From assembly GCA_016871275.1 (NCBI GenBank), contig VFZG01000011.1, forward strand, positions 28,800 through 92,799: a DNA stretch of 64,000 nt, in the 5' to 3' direction. The notes beneath the pieces were generated by a model. It had not been told where the DNA came from, ran no database searches, and saw nothing but the letters and a program-made list of their open reading frames with translations. Made by a program: the position numbers and the translations under genes. Source of the stretch: Acidimicrobiia bacterium. GTDB lineage: Bacteria > Acidobacteriota > Vicinamibacteria > Vicinamibacterales > UBA2999. Shown here piece after piece: positions 29,172 through 38,316 of this stretch (its first letter is position 1; each line of letters starts with the position of its first letter).

Positions 29172-29388
29172 CTAGTGAACCGTCGGTTCCTGCGACAGGC
29201 GCTGCAGGCGCCCGTCGCTGGCAAGGATGCTCCACAACACCTGATCGTGGCGCACGCCGTGACGGACGGACGAACCACTGCCGCAGCACGCCTTCCTGCA
29301 CAGCACCGATCTTGCGGAGTGCGCCGTTGCCGCGGCCATTGGCGACCGCGGCCCGGGCACGCCTGGAAAATGCCCGGGCATCATGAGG
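29172..29388 (-). pseudogene. C-terminal remnant of a GNAT (RimJ/RimL-like) N-acetyltransferase with frameshift
   Basis: Two minus-strand frames read ...VANGRGNGALRKIGAVQEGVLRQWFVR and VRHGVRHDQVLWSILASD. They join if a CCGT tandem duplication (plus strand 29262-29269 ACGGACGG) is removed. The N-terminal two-thirds is absent. Confidence 0.4.
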
Positions 29389-29395
29389 AGTGACT

Positions 29396-30214
29396 CTACT
29401 TGAACGAAATCAACTCGACGTCAAAGACGAGCATGCCGCGCGGCGGACGCTCGCCCTTGTAAGCCAGCTTCTCCGGAATCCAGAAACGCATTCGCTCGCC
29501 GACGCTCATCAACTGCAGGCCTTCGGTCCATCCGCTAATCACGTCGCCGAGCCCGAAGCTGATCGGCTGACCCTTGTCCACCGACGTGTCGAACATCTTG
29601 CCGTCGGTCGTCCAGCCGGTGTAGTGCACGGTGACCGTGCTGCTGCTGGTCGGGCTCGCGCCGTCCTTGCCCGGCCGCAGCGATTTGTAGGCGAGTCCCG
29701 ACGCGGTGCGTCGCGCGTCCTTTGGCGGAGCGGCGACATCCACCGGCGGCTTGCGCGGGTCCGGTGTGATCTCCAGCAATTCGATGTCGAACACCAGCAT
29801 GCCGGCCGGTCGTCCCGCCATGCCGTTGTAGGCAATCTCCTGCGGGATCCAGAAGCGGCGTTTCTCGCCGACGACCATCAGCTGCACGCCCTCGCCCCAG
29901 CCCTTGATCACGCGCTCGAGCGGGAAGCTGCTCGGTGTGCCAGGTCGCCAGGACGAGCTGTCGAAGTTCTTCCCGTCGGTGGTCCACCCGCTGTAGTTCA
30001 CGGTCGCGAAGTCGGTGGGTCCCGGCCGTTCCGTCCCCGTGCCTTTCTGGAGCACGATCGAAGCGAGGCCAGACGCCGTCTTGGTGGCGTCGGCCGGCGG
30101 CTTCGCCACGTTGTCGGGCGCCGGCACCGGAGTGGGCGGGGCGGGTTTCTGCTGCGCGATCAGCGTGGCGCCCAGCGCCAGCGCCACAACCAGGGCGGAG
30201 AGGGTTCGAATCAT
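29396..30214 (-). CDS. Secreted tandem-domain FKBP-type peptidyl-prolyl cis-trans isomerase
   Basis: Signal peptide MIRTLSALVVALALGATLIAQ. Two FKBP cores (VNYSGWTTDGKNFDSS...GMLVFDIELLEI and VHYTGWTTDGKMFDTS...GMLVFDVELISF). Confidence 0.85.
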   Translation of the reverse strand: MIRTLSALVVALALGATLIAQQKPAPPTPVPAPDNVAKPPADATKTASGLASIVLQKGTGTERPGPTDFATVNYSGWTTDGKNFDSSSWRPGTPSSFPLERVIKGWGEGVQLMVVGEKRRFWIPQEIAYNGMAGRPAGMLVFDIELLEITPDPRKPPVDVAAPPKDARRTASGLAYKSLRPGKDGASPTSSSTVTVHYTGWTTDGKMFDTSVDKGQPISFGLGDVISGWTEGLQLMSVGERMRFWIPEKLAYKGERPPRGMLVFDVELISFK

Positions 30215-30228
30215 CCGGCCATCGTACA

Positions 30229-30290
30229 GCAACTAACAACCAACAACTAACAACCAACAACCAACAACCAACAACCAGCCACCAGCCTAC
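30229..30290. repeat. Heptamer word array CAACYAA/CAACCAG x8 (minus strand: TGGTTGT-type)
   Basis: caactaa caaccaa caactaa caaccaa caaccaa caaccaa caaccag ccaccag. Lies between two minus-strand genes and contains the stop of the upstream one. Confidence 0.85.
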
Positions 30291-31219
30291 CGGCAGGTGT
30301 CGAGTCCGCGATCGCTGATGCTGCCGTCGATGCCGTGGAACTCCCAGCTCACCTGGGCCGGGGCCAGCGTGAACTTCATCACGCCGGACCGCGACAGGCG
30401 CGCCTCGGAGTTCGGCGCCACCCGCACGAAGTTGTACAGCTCGGCGCCGCCGGTACCCACCGTGAACTGACGGATCCCGTTGGCAGGATCGGCGGTGCCA
30501 TCGGACAACTGCCGCGCGAACCGTTCGTAGAGATGGTCGTGTCCATTCAGCACCACCTCCACTCGTCCGGTCTCGAGCAGCGCCCACATGTCTCGCATGA
30601 AGACATTGTCGCCGTTGGGTCCTGACGTAAACAGCGGGTGATGCCACACCGCCATCGTGCACGGTGTCCGTTGCAACGCCAGTTTGGTTCGCACGAATTC
30701 GTATTGCGGGGAGCCGCGCCCGGCCGGAATGTTCGAGTTCAACATCAGGACCGTCCAGTCGCCCTGGTTGATCACGAAATAGCCGGTGCCATCCGTGCCG
30801 GCGGCCTCGCCGAAATACGCGAAGAACGGCGCCGCACCCGGGCTCTCGTACTCGTGGTTGCCCGGCACGGCGTGCCACCGCGGCCGGAACCGGCCCCACG
30901 AGGGATGGAAGCAGTCGCGAAAGTTTTCCGTGGTGCCATGCGGGTAGGCAATATCGCCGGCCAGCAGCACGTCTCCCTCGATGCCGGCGACCACCCGCGC
31001 GGTCTGTGCGACCTCAGCGCGGCCGCACCAGCCGATGTCGCCCACGCCGATCACCGTCACGGCGACCCCTCCTACCCGCACTCCGGGATTACTGCCGCCG
31101 GTGCCGGGGCCGGTCGTGGGCGCGGACGGAGACGAGCCGGAGCACGCCTGGCCGAATGCGATCAGCAGGACTGCTGTGGCGATCCCGCCAGCGGCGTAAC
31201 CGCTTCGTGTGAGTCGCAT
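30287..31219 (-). CDS. Exported (probable lipoprotein) calcineurin-like metallophosphoesterase
   Basis: GDIGWCG, GDIAYPHG, VPGNHEY and NGHDHLYERF metallophosphatase motifs. Signal peptide ends in ...LIAFGQAC. Confidence 0.8.
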   Translation of the reverse strand: MRLTRSGYAAGGIATAVLLIAFGQACSGSSPSAPTTGPGTGGSNPGVRVGGVAVTVIGVGDIGWCGRAEVAQTARVVAGIEGDVLLAGDIAYPHGTTENFRDCFHPSWGRFRPRWHAVPGNHEYESPGAAPFFAYFGEAAGTDGTGYFVINQGDWTVLMLNSNIPAGRGSPQYEFVRTKLALQRTPCTMAVWHHPLFTSGPNGDNVFMRDMWALLETGRVEVVLNGHDHLYERFARQLSDGTADPANGIRQFTVGTGGAELYNFVRVAPNSEARLSRSGVMKFTLAPAQVSWEFHGIDGSISDRGLDTCR

Positions 31220-31278
31220 CGCCCTTGGCCCAGCTTTACCATACGTGGTACTGTTCCGCCACCCGTCGTATGCCCCCC

Positions 31279-32394
31279 ATGACCGTCGAAGGCAGCAAGG
31301 ACCGGCTGCTTCTCTCGCCGCAGGAAGCGCTCATCGCGGGTGGGCCCGCCGAGGAGCTTGAGCTCCGCATCCAGGCCGTCTTCAAGTCGGGCTACGAGCA
31401 CGTGGTCATCGATCTGCGCGGCGTGCCGACCGCCGACAGCGCCGGCATTCGCGCGCTGGTGCGGGGACACACCTCTGCGCAGCGGCTGAATCGCCGCTTC
31501 ACGCTCATCTCGCCAAATCCCAGGGTCCGCGAGCTGCTTGAACTGTCGCTGCTCACGAACGTGCTCGAAGTGGTCGACACGCTCGTTGAAGCCAGGACGA
31601 AGACGGTCCACTGGGGTCGTGTCTGGTCAGGTGTTGCCGTCGCGCTCGTGGGCGGCGCGCTCGTCGGCATAAGCGTGTGGTGGCCGTCGTTCGGGATGTC
31701 GACCGGAACTGGCGGCGGCATTCCCGGGGTCACCAGCGGCGCTGCCGCCGACGCCGGCGGGGCGATGGCGAATCCGCTCTTCGAAGTCGTCAAGCTGATC
31801 GCCGCCGCCGTGATCGGCGTGCTCGTGACCATCGTCCATCGGCAGTACCGGCCGGAGCGGTCGTCGAACCCGGCGCTGGATCAGGCCCAGGTGCTGTTGT
31901 GCGTCTCGGGCGCGCTGATGATGATCATCATCGGCAACTCGGTGGCGCGGGCGTTCGGCATCGCCGGCGCGGCGAGCATCATCCGCTTCCGGACACCGGT
32001 GGAAGATGCGCGCGACATCACCATCCTGTTCATCCTGATGGGACTGGGCATGGCCGCCGGCCTCGGCGCATTGGCCGTTGCCGGACTCGGCACGCTGTTC
32101 CTGTGTGGATTGATCCCGCTGCTGAACCTGTTCTCCTCGGAGCGTCCGCGCCAGATGCTGGTCGAGATCGTGGCGGAGGAGCGCGACTTCCCGACCGCGC
32201 ACGTCCAGCACGTGTTCGCGGTGAACGGCATTCTGTTCGAGCCCCGCGAGGTGTCGCAGGGCGACGAAGCCACGACAAAGTATTTGACGACGCTCAAACC
32301 AACCGATTCGCTCGAGGACTTGAGCGCGCAACTGATGGGCGACGGCAAGAAGGGCATCAAGAATGTCTCCTGGTCGCCGCCCAAGAGGAACTAG
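31279..32394 (+). CDS. STAS-domain :: DUF4956-family membrane protein fusion
   Basis: N-terminal STAS-like HVVIDLRGVPTADSAGIRALVRGH...FTLISPNPRVRELLELSLL. Membrane core GNSVARAFGIAGAASIIRFRTPVEDARDITILFILMGLGMAAG matches the DUF4956 signature. Start 31279 (alternatives 31270 and 31225). Confidence 0.65.
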   Translation: MTVEGSKDRLLLSPQEALIAGGPAEELELRIQAVFKSGYEHVVIDLRGVPTADSAGIRALVRGHTSAQRLNRRFTLISPNPRVRELLELSLLTNVLEVVDTLVEARTKTVHWGRVWSGVAVALVGGALVGISVWWPSFGMSTGTGGGIPGVTSGAAADAGGAMANPLFEVVKLIAAAVIGVLVTIVHRQYRPERSSNPALDQAQVLLCVSGALMMIIIGNSVARAFGIAGAASIIRFRTPVEDARDITILFILMGLGMAAGLGALAVAGLGTLFLCGLIPLLNLFSSERPRQMLVEIVAEERDFPTAHVQHVFAVNGILFEPREVSQGDEATTKYLTTLKPTDSLEDLSAQLMGDGKKGIKNVSWSPPKRN

Positions 32395-33256
32395 AACGGC
32401 GCCACGGCTCGTGCTGGCGGCGTCGGAACGCAAGGCGGCGCTGCTTGGCGTGATCGGCTCGGCGAAACGCCGGCTGGTGCTGTCGCTGTTCCGCTGCGAC
32501 GATTTCTCCATCCTCGACGCGCTCGCCGCCGCCCTCGAGCGCGGCGTCCAGGTCGAGGCCATCCTCACCAAGCGGGCCAAGGGCGGCAAGAGGCGGCTGA
32601 AGAAGCTGTGGGGCGCGCTCGAGGAAATGGGCGCCGTCGTGACCCGCTACGCCGACCCGGTGGTGAAGTACCACGCGAAGTACCTGGTCGCCGACGAAGC
32701 CACCGCGGTGGTCACCACGCTCAATCCCACTCGCAAGTGTTTCGCGCGCACCTGGGACGCCGTCGTGATTACGCAGGACCCGTCCGTGATCAAGGGCCTG
32801 CTGACGCTCTTCAAGGCCGACGCCGCGGGAGTGCCGCTGCCGTCGCGGCGGCCGCTCGGCGGCCGGCTGATCGTCGGCCCGGAGCGTTCGCGCCCGGAGA
32901 TCATGGCGCTGATCACCAGCGCGAAACACAGCATCCGCATCCTCGATCACAAGCTGTCGGACCCCGACGTGGTGGCGCTGCTGCGCGATCGGCGGTCGGA
33001 TGGCATTACCGTGTCGGTGCTGGGCACGCAGCCGATGGGCGGCGTCGAACCGCACGGCAAGATGATGATCATCGACGAATCCCGTGCAATTCTGGGCAGC
33101 ACTGCGCTATCCACGCTGAGCCTGGACTTCCGGCGCGAGGTCTCATTGGTTGTTCACGAGCCGGCGCTGGTCAAACAGCTGAACATGTCGTATCAACAGT
33201 TGAGCGCGAAGGCCGGAACTGCGGCCTCGCGCCTGCCAGGAGATCGAACCGCATGA
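32363..33256 (+). CDS. Phospholipase D superfamily protein with two HKD motifs
   Basis: YHAKYLVADEATAVVTTLN and PHGKMMIIDESRAILGSTALS (HxK-x4-D twice). Overlaps the upstream gene by 32 nt. Confidence 0.8.
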   Translation: MSPGRRPRGTRTAPRLVLAASERKAALLGVIGSAKRRLVLSLFRCDDFSILDALAAALERGVQVEAILTKRAKGGKRRLKKLWGALEEMGAVVTRYADPVVKYHAKYLVADEATAVVTTLNPTRKCFARTWDAVVITQDPSVIKGLLTLFKADAAGVPLPSRRPLGGRLIVGPERSRPEIMALITSAKHSIRILDHKLSDPDVVALLRDRRSDGITVSVLGTQPMGGVEPHGKMMIIDESRAILGSTALSTLSLDFRREVSLVVHEPALVKQLNMSYQQLSAKAGTAASRLPGDRTA

Positions 33257-34518
33257 AGCGAGTGTCCCTCGTCGCGATCCTGTTCGCATCTGCCGCCGCG
33301 CCGGTGGCCGCACAGGATCAGCGTGGATTCGTCTGGAACGATCGCCCGGCGCTGGTGTTCGGCGACAACATCAGCGTGGAGGTGAAGGGCCGCGCGCTGC
33401 TGGAGTGGCGGAAATTCGATCCCGAGATTGGTGAAGACACCTTCAACCTGCGCACCGCCCGGATTGGCCTGGCCGGCGAATTGACCCGCCACCTGGGGTG
33501 GGAAGTGGAGCGGGAGATCGTCTGGAACGAGCTCGATGACAAGGTCGAGTTCGGCGAGTGGAAGGACGTCTACGGCGAATGGAAGACGTTCGACAAGGTT
33601 CGGGTGCGCGGCGGCCGCTTCAAGATGCCATTCGGCCTGGAGCAGAACACCGGCGTGAGCAGCCTGGATTTCGCCTACCGCACCGGCGGGTCGAACGCCA
33701 TTGCGCCGGGCCGCGATCGCGGCGTCATGGCGTTCGGCGACCTCGGCCGCTTCAATTACGAAGCCGGTGTGTTCGACGCCGATGGCGATAACGGCGAATC
33801 GAACGAACCACAGTTCGTGCAGCAGGGCCAGGACCGGGAGGACGTCGGGCCGTCAGTGGCGGTGCGCGTCAGCGGCGACCTGCTGCGGCTGCTGCCGGTG
33901 GGCCGGCTGCGAAGCGCCAGTCTCGGTGTGGCCTACACCACCTCGGATCTCCCCGAAGGACTGAACAGCCTGCGCGGTGAAGCGCTGTGGGGCGCTGACT
34001 TCTTCCAGCATGTCTACGTCAAGGGGCGGCGCCAGCGATTGGGGGCGCAGTTCGAGTGGACGCCCGGCCCCACGTCGGTGAAGGCCGAGTGGATGCAATC
34101 GCGCGAGCAGCGCAACCAGCAGAGCAATCGCAACGCCGATCTCTCGGACTTCATCGGCGAGGCCTGGTACGTTGCCGGCACGTGGTTCGTCACGGGCGAA
34201 GGCAAGGACGGCAACGTCAAGCCCCGGCGGCCGCTCCTGGGGGGCGGCATTGGAGCGATCGAGCTCGCCGTCCGATACGAATACCTGGGGTTCCGCAGCG
34301 CCTCCACCGCCGGAACGGCGTTCACGAATCCCCGTTCGGATCACCAGGTGCCGAACAGCGACCGGGCGTGGACCTTCGGCGTGAACTGGATCACCAGCAG
34401 GTGGACACGCGTGATGGCGAATGCGATTCGCGAAACCATCGAGGACGACAGCCGTGCGCCGCTGACCGGAACCGACTCCTACTGGTCAGGGCTGGTCCGG
34501 CTCAACGTCGTGTTCTAA
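33253..34518 (+). CDS. Phosphate-selective porin O/P (OprO/OprP) family outer-membrane protein
   Basis: ATG 33253 (ATGA overlap). Signal peptide MKRVSLVAILFASAAAPVAAQ. FNLRTARIGLAGEL and VRGGRFKMPFGLEQNTGVSSLDFAYR. Terminal ...VRLNVVF. Confidence 0.75.
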   Translation: MKRVSLVAILFASAAAPVAAQDQRGFVWNDRPALVFGDNISVEVKGRALLEWRKFDPEIGEDTFNLRTARIGLAGELTRHLGWEVEREIVWNELDDKVEFGEWKDVYGEWKTFDKVRVRGGRFKMPFGLEQNTGVSSLDFAYRTGGSNAIAPGRDRGVMAFGDLGRFNYEAGVFDADGDNGESNEPQFVQQGQDREDVGPSVAVRVSGDLLRLLPVGRLRSASLGVAYTTSDLPEGLNSLRGEALWGADFFQHVYVKGRRQRLGAQFEWTPGPTSVKAEWMQSREQRNQQSNRNADLSDFIGEAWYVAGTWFVTGEGKDGNVKPRRPLLGGGIGAIELAVRYEYLGFRSASTAGTAFTNPRSDHQVPNSDRAWTFGVNWITSRWTRVMANAIRETIEDDSRAPLTGTDSYWSGLVRLNVVF

Positions 34519-34535
34519 AGAAGGCGGGTAGGGCA

Positions 34536-35783
34536 GTGGGTCGGGCAGGGCAGCTCAGGCGGGTGCTACTGGGCGCAATCGTCGCCGCCGCGATGGCGAC
34601 CGTGCCGGCCGTTTCGCGGACGTCCGACGACCTGTTCAACCCGCACACGTTGCAGCGCATCGACTTGTGGCTGAACGCCGCCGACTGGGCGAAGCTCCGG
34701 CAGAACTTCCAGAAGAACACCTACTACCCGGCGGACCTGACCTGGAACGGCATCACGGTGAACAACGTCGGCATCCGGTCGCGTGGCCTCGGATCGCGCA
34801 GCAGCACCAAGCCGGGCCTGCGCGTCGATTTCGACCGCTACTCGACCCGCCAGGAGTTCCTCAGGCTCAAGTCGTTCATCCTCGACAACCTGACGCAGGA
34901 CCACACCGGCATCAAGGAGTCGGTGGTGATGCGTTTCTACGAGCGGCTCGGCATTCCCGGTCCGCGCGAGACGCACACGCGCCTCTATGTGAACGGCCAG
35001 TACGCCGGGCTGTACGGCCTGGTCGAGTCGGTCGACAAGACGATGATGGGCCGCGTGTTCGGCAGCATCAACGGCAATGTTCAGAACGACGGCTACCTGT
35101 TCGAATACAACTACGTGCTCGACAGCCCGTGGCGGTTCGAGTACGAAGGCCCGGCGCTGGCGCCCTACAAGGCGCGGTTCGACATCAAGACCAACGAGAG
35201 CCACGCCGAGTCGACGATTTGGGGACCAATCGAGGAGATGGTCCGGATCGCGAATGAGTCAACCAGCGCGGATTTCGAACAGGCCATCGGCACCCGGATC
35301 GATCTGCCGGCGCTGACGCGCTTCCTGGCCGCGCAGAATTTCGTGGCCGACCACGACGGCTTGAACGGCTACGCCGGCATGAACAACTTCTACCTCTACC
35401 GGCTGGAGAACAGCCCGACGCACGTGCTGATTGCCTGGGACGAAGACAACGCGTTCCGCCAGACCGACTATCAGGTTGACGCCCGCATCACCGAGAACGT
35501 GCTGACGAGCAAGCTGTTGGCCAACACCACCTACGTATCGCAGTACTACGGCGTCTTGTTGGAAGCCGCCGACTCGGCGACCGGCTGGTTGCAGCAGGAG
35601 ATGCAGCGCCAGTTCGACCTGATTCACCAGGCGATGCTGGAAGACCGGCTCAAGCCGTACTCGAATGTCGAGTATGAGACGGCTCGCCACTCGCTGCTGG
35701 CGTTTCCTGATGCGCGAATTACCTACGTCCGCTGCGAGGTTTCGAAGCTGACGAACCAGGCGTTGCCGTCCGGGTGCCGCTGA
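34536..35783 (+). CDS. Exported CotH kinase family protein
   Basis: GTG 34536, 17 nt after the porin stop. Signal-like LLGAIVAAAMATVPAVS. NNVGIRSRGLGSRSSTKPGLRVDFDRY and TRLYVNGQYAGLYGLVESVDK are CotH hallmarks. Confidence 0.8.
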   Translation: MGRAGQLRRVLLGAIVAAAMATVPAVSRTSDDLFNPHTLQRIDLWLNAADWAKLRQNFQKNTYYPADLTWNGITVNNVGIRSRGLGSRSSTKPGLRVDFDRYSTRQEFLRLKSFILDNLTQDHTGIKESVVMRFYERLGIPGPRETHTRLYVNGQYAGLYGLVESVDKTMMGRVFGSINGNVQNDGYLFEYNYVLDSPWRFEYEGPALAPYKARFDIKTNESHAESTIWGPIEEMVRIANESTSADFEQAIGTRIDLPALTRFLAAQNFVADHDGLNGYAGMNNFYLYRLENSPTHVLIAWDEDNAFRQTDYQVDARITENVLTSKLLANTTYVSQYYGVLLEAADSATGWLQQEMQRQFDLIHQAMLEDRLKPYSNVEYETARHSLLAFPDARITYVRCEVSKLTNQALPSGCR

Positions 35784-36384
35784 TCGCTGTCGCGAGCGCG
35801 GCGACACCCTTGGGGGTCAGCGTGACAGGCTTGCGGCCGCGGGCCTGGTCCAGCGCCGCCATCATGGCGCGCCGCTCCCTCTTCGACAGGCCGCTCGACG
35901 CGGCATCCAGCATCAGCGCGCAGTACTCGGCGTAGCCGCGATCGGCGCGGCGCTTCCACGGCCGATCGATCTTGCGCTCCTGCGTCCGGCCGTGCAGCTT
36001 CGGCGCGGGCGCAAACCGCAGCAGCTCCCGCAGCCATTGCTCCGGCAGTCCGCAGCCCACGCCAAACGCGACCGCGGTCTCGACGTACGGTGCCGCAATG
36101 ACGACGCCGCCCGCTTCGAGGATTGGCCGAATCTCCCACCGCAGGCGGAACGCCAGGTCGGCAGCATAGACGAGCGACAACGTGCGGACCGAAATGCTGC
36201 GATCGCCCCGGCCTCCGGCGGCGAGCTCGGCGAACAGGCCCGAGGCGTCCCAGCGGCTGATTGCGCACTCGCGGCCGGCGCGCGTCAGCTCCGCGGCGAC
36301 CGCGTTGGCGGCCAGGGCCACGTCCTTGCCGCGCGATCCGTCGACGGCGATCAGACGGCCCGGAAACGTGATCTGGTCAGCCAT
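35719..36384 (-). CDS. Thymidylate-kinase-like protein with degenerate P-loop
   Basis: LIAVDGSRGKDVALAANAVAAEL replaces the GxxGxGK[ST] loop. The overall layout parallels the upstream paralogue. Start 36384 (or 36417) overlaps the upstream gene's end. Confidence 0.5.
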   Translation of the reverse strand: MADQITFPGRLIAVDGSRGKDVALAANAVAAELTRAGRECAISRWDASGLFAELAAGGRGDRSISVRTLSLVYAADLAFRLRWEIRPILEAGGVVIAAPYVETAVAFGVGCGLPEQWLRELLRFAPAPKLHGRTQERKIDRPWKRRADRGYAEYCALMLDAASSGLSKRERRAMMAALDQARGRKPVTLTPKGVAALATAISGTRTATPGSSASKPRSGRR

Positions 36385-37103
36385 TCCTCGACGGCTTTCT
36401 CGCTGAATGTCGGCCACGGCCGCCGTTCAGCCTGCTGCACGAGTTCGCGCACCCGCGTGTGCTGGCGATAGACCGCGTCGCCGGCGTCCACGGTCACGAA
36501 CTGAAACACCACCGACAGGTTCTCGTACTCCGTCACCACGCGATCGATGAAGCGGCTGTAGCTGGCGAGCGGATCGGCGATGCCGGTGACGTCCTGTCCG
36601 GCCTCGTAGAAGCGTGGCGAGCGCGTCGACGCCACGCGGCGGTGCGAATCCTCCGGGGTCATCGAGAAATAGATCACCAGGTCCGGCCACAGCAGCGGTG
36701 AGTAGGCGTGCAGCAGCCAATCCAGGTCGAGCCCGCGCGCGGCATCGCGCGCCAGCGCGGTGAACAGATAGCGATCCGCCAGCACCGTCTTCCCCGCCCA
36801 CAACGCCGGCAGGATGATGGTCTCGAGCCGGTGGCGGAAGTCCACGGCATGGAGCAGCGAATACTCCTCGGTCGAGAGGGTGCGGATTTTCTTGCGCACC
36901 TTGAGCAGCGGTTTCACGAGGGGCGAGGAGGCCCAGCGCGTCGAGACGACGTCGTGATTGCGGCTCTCGAGCCAGCGCGTCAGCAGCTTGCGCTGCGTGG
37001 TCTTGCCGGAGCCGTCCGGCCCTTCGAAGGCGATGAGCAGACCGCGCGACTCGTCGCGGTCGGCGACCAGCTTGCGGAGGCGGCGCGCGCGTGGGGAACG
37101 CAT
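36351..37103 (-). CDS. Thymidylate kinase (dTMP kinase)-family P-loop kinase
   Basis: LIAFEGPDGSGKTTQ Walker A and LADRYLFTALARD (DRY-type motif). Whether it is the housekeeping tmk cannot be decided here. Confidence 0.7.
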   Translation of the reverse strand: MRSPRARRLRKLVADRDESRGLLIAFEGPDGSGKTTQRKLLTRWLESRNHDVVSTRWASSPLVKPLLKVRKKIRTLSTEEYSLLHAVDFRHRLETIILPALWAGKTVLADRYLFTALARDAARGLDLDWLLHAYSPLLWPDLVIYFSMTPEDSHRRVASTRSPRFYEAGQDVTGIADPLASYSRFIDRVVTEYENLSVVFQFVTVDAGDAVYRQHTRVRELVQQAERRPWPTFSEKAVEEWLTRSRFRAV

Positions 37104-37114
37104 TCCAGTCGCCG

Positions 37115-38311
<1,197 letters not shown>

Positions 38312-38316
38312 GATTC

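Noticed and set aside
28172-29278. Full 368-aa version of the rluD ORF
   Set aside because: The first ~60 codons have no S4/RluD similarity and overlap the GNAT remnant. The S4 domain begins just after GVG-less VEWRTLRLDRG, so a GTG at 29095 (or a nearby TTG) is preferred.
30201-30216. GGTTCGAATC string resembling a tRNA T-arm
   Set aside because: It lies inside the FKBP signal-peptide coding region (MIRTLSAL on the minus strand), and no cloverleaf can be drawn.
30229-30290. Short tandem arrays considered as CRISPR arrays (also 5072-5115, 41746-41812, 49005-49075 and 61879-61933)
   Set aside because: The period is only 7-8 nt with no unique spacers, and no cas genes are present. They are microsatellite-like word arrays or hairpins, not CRISPRs.
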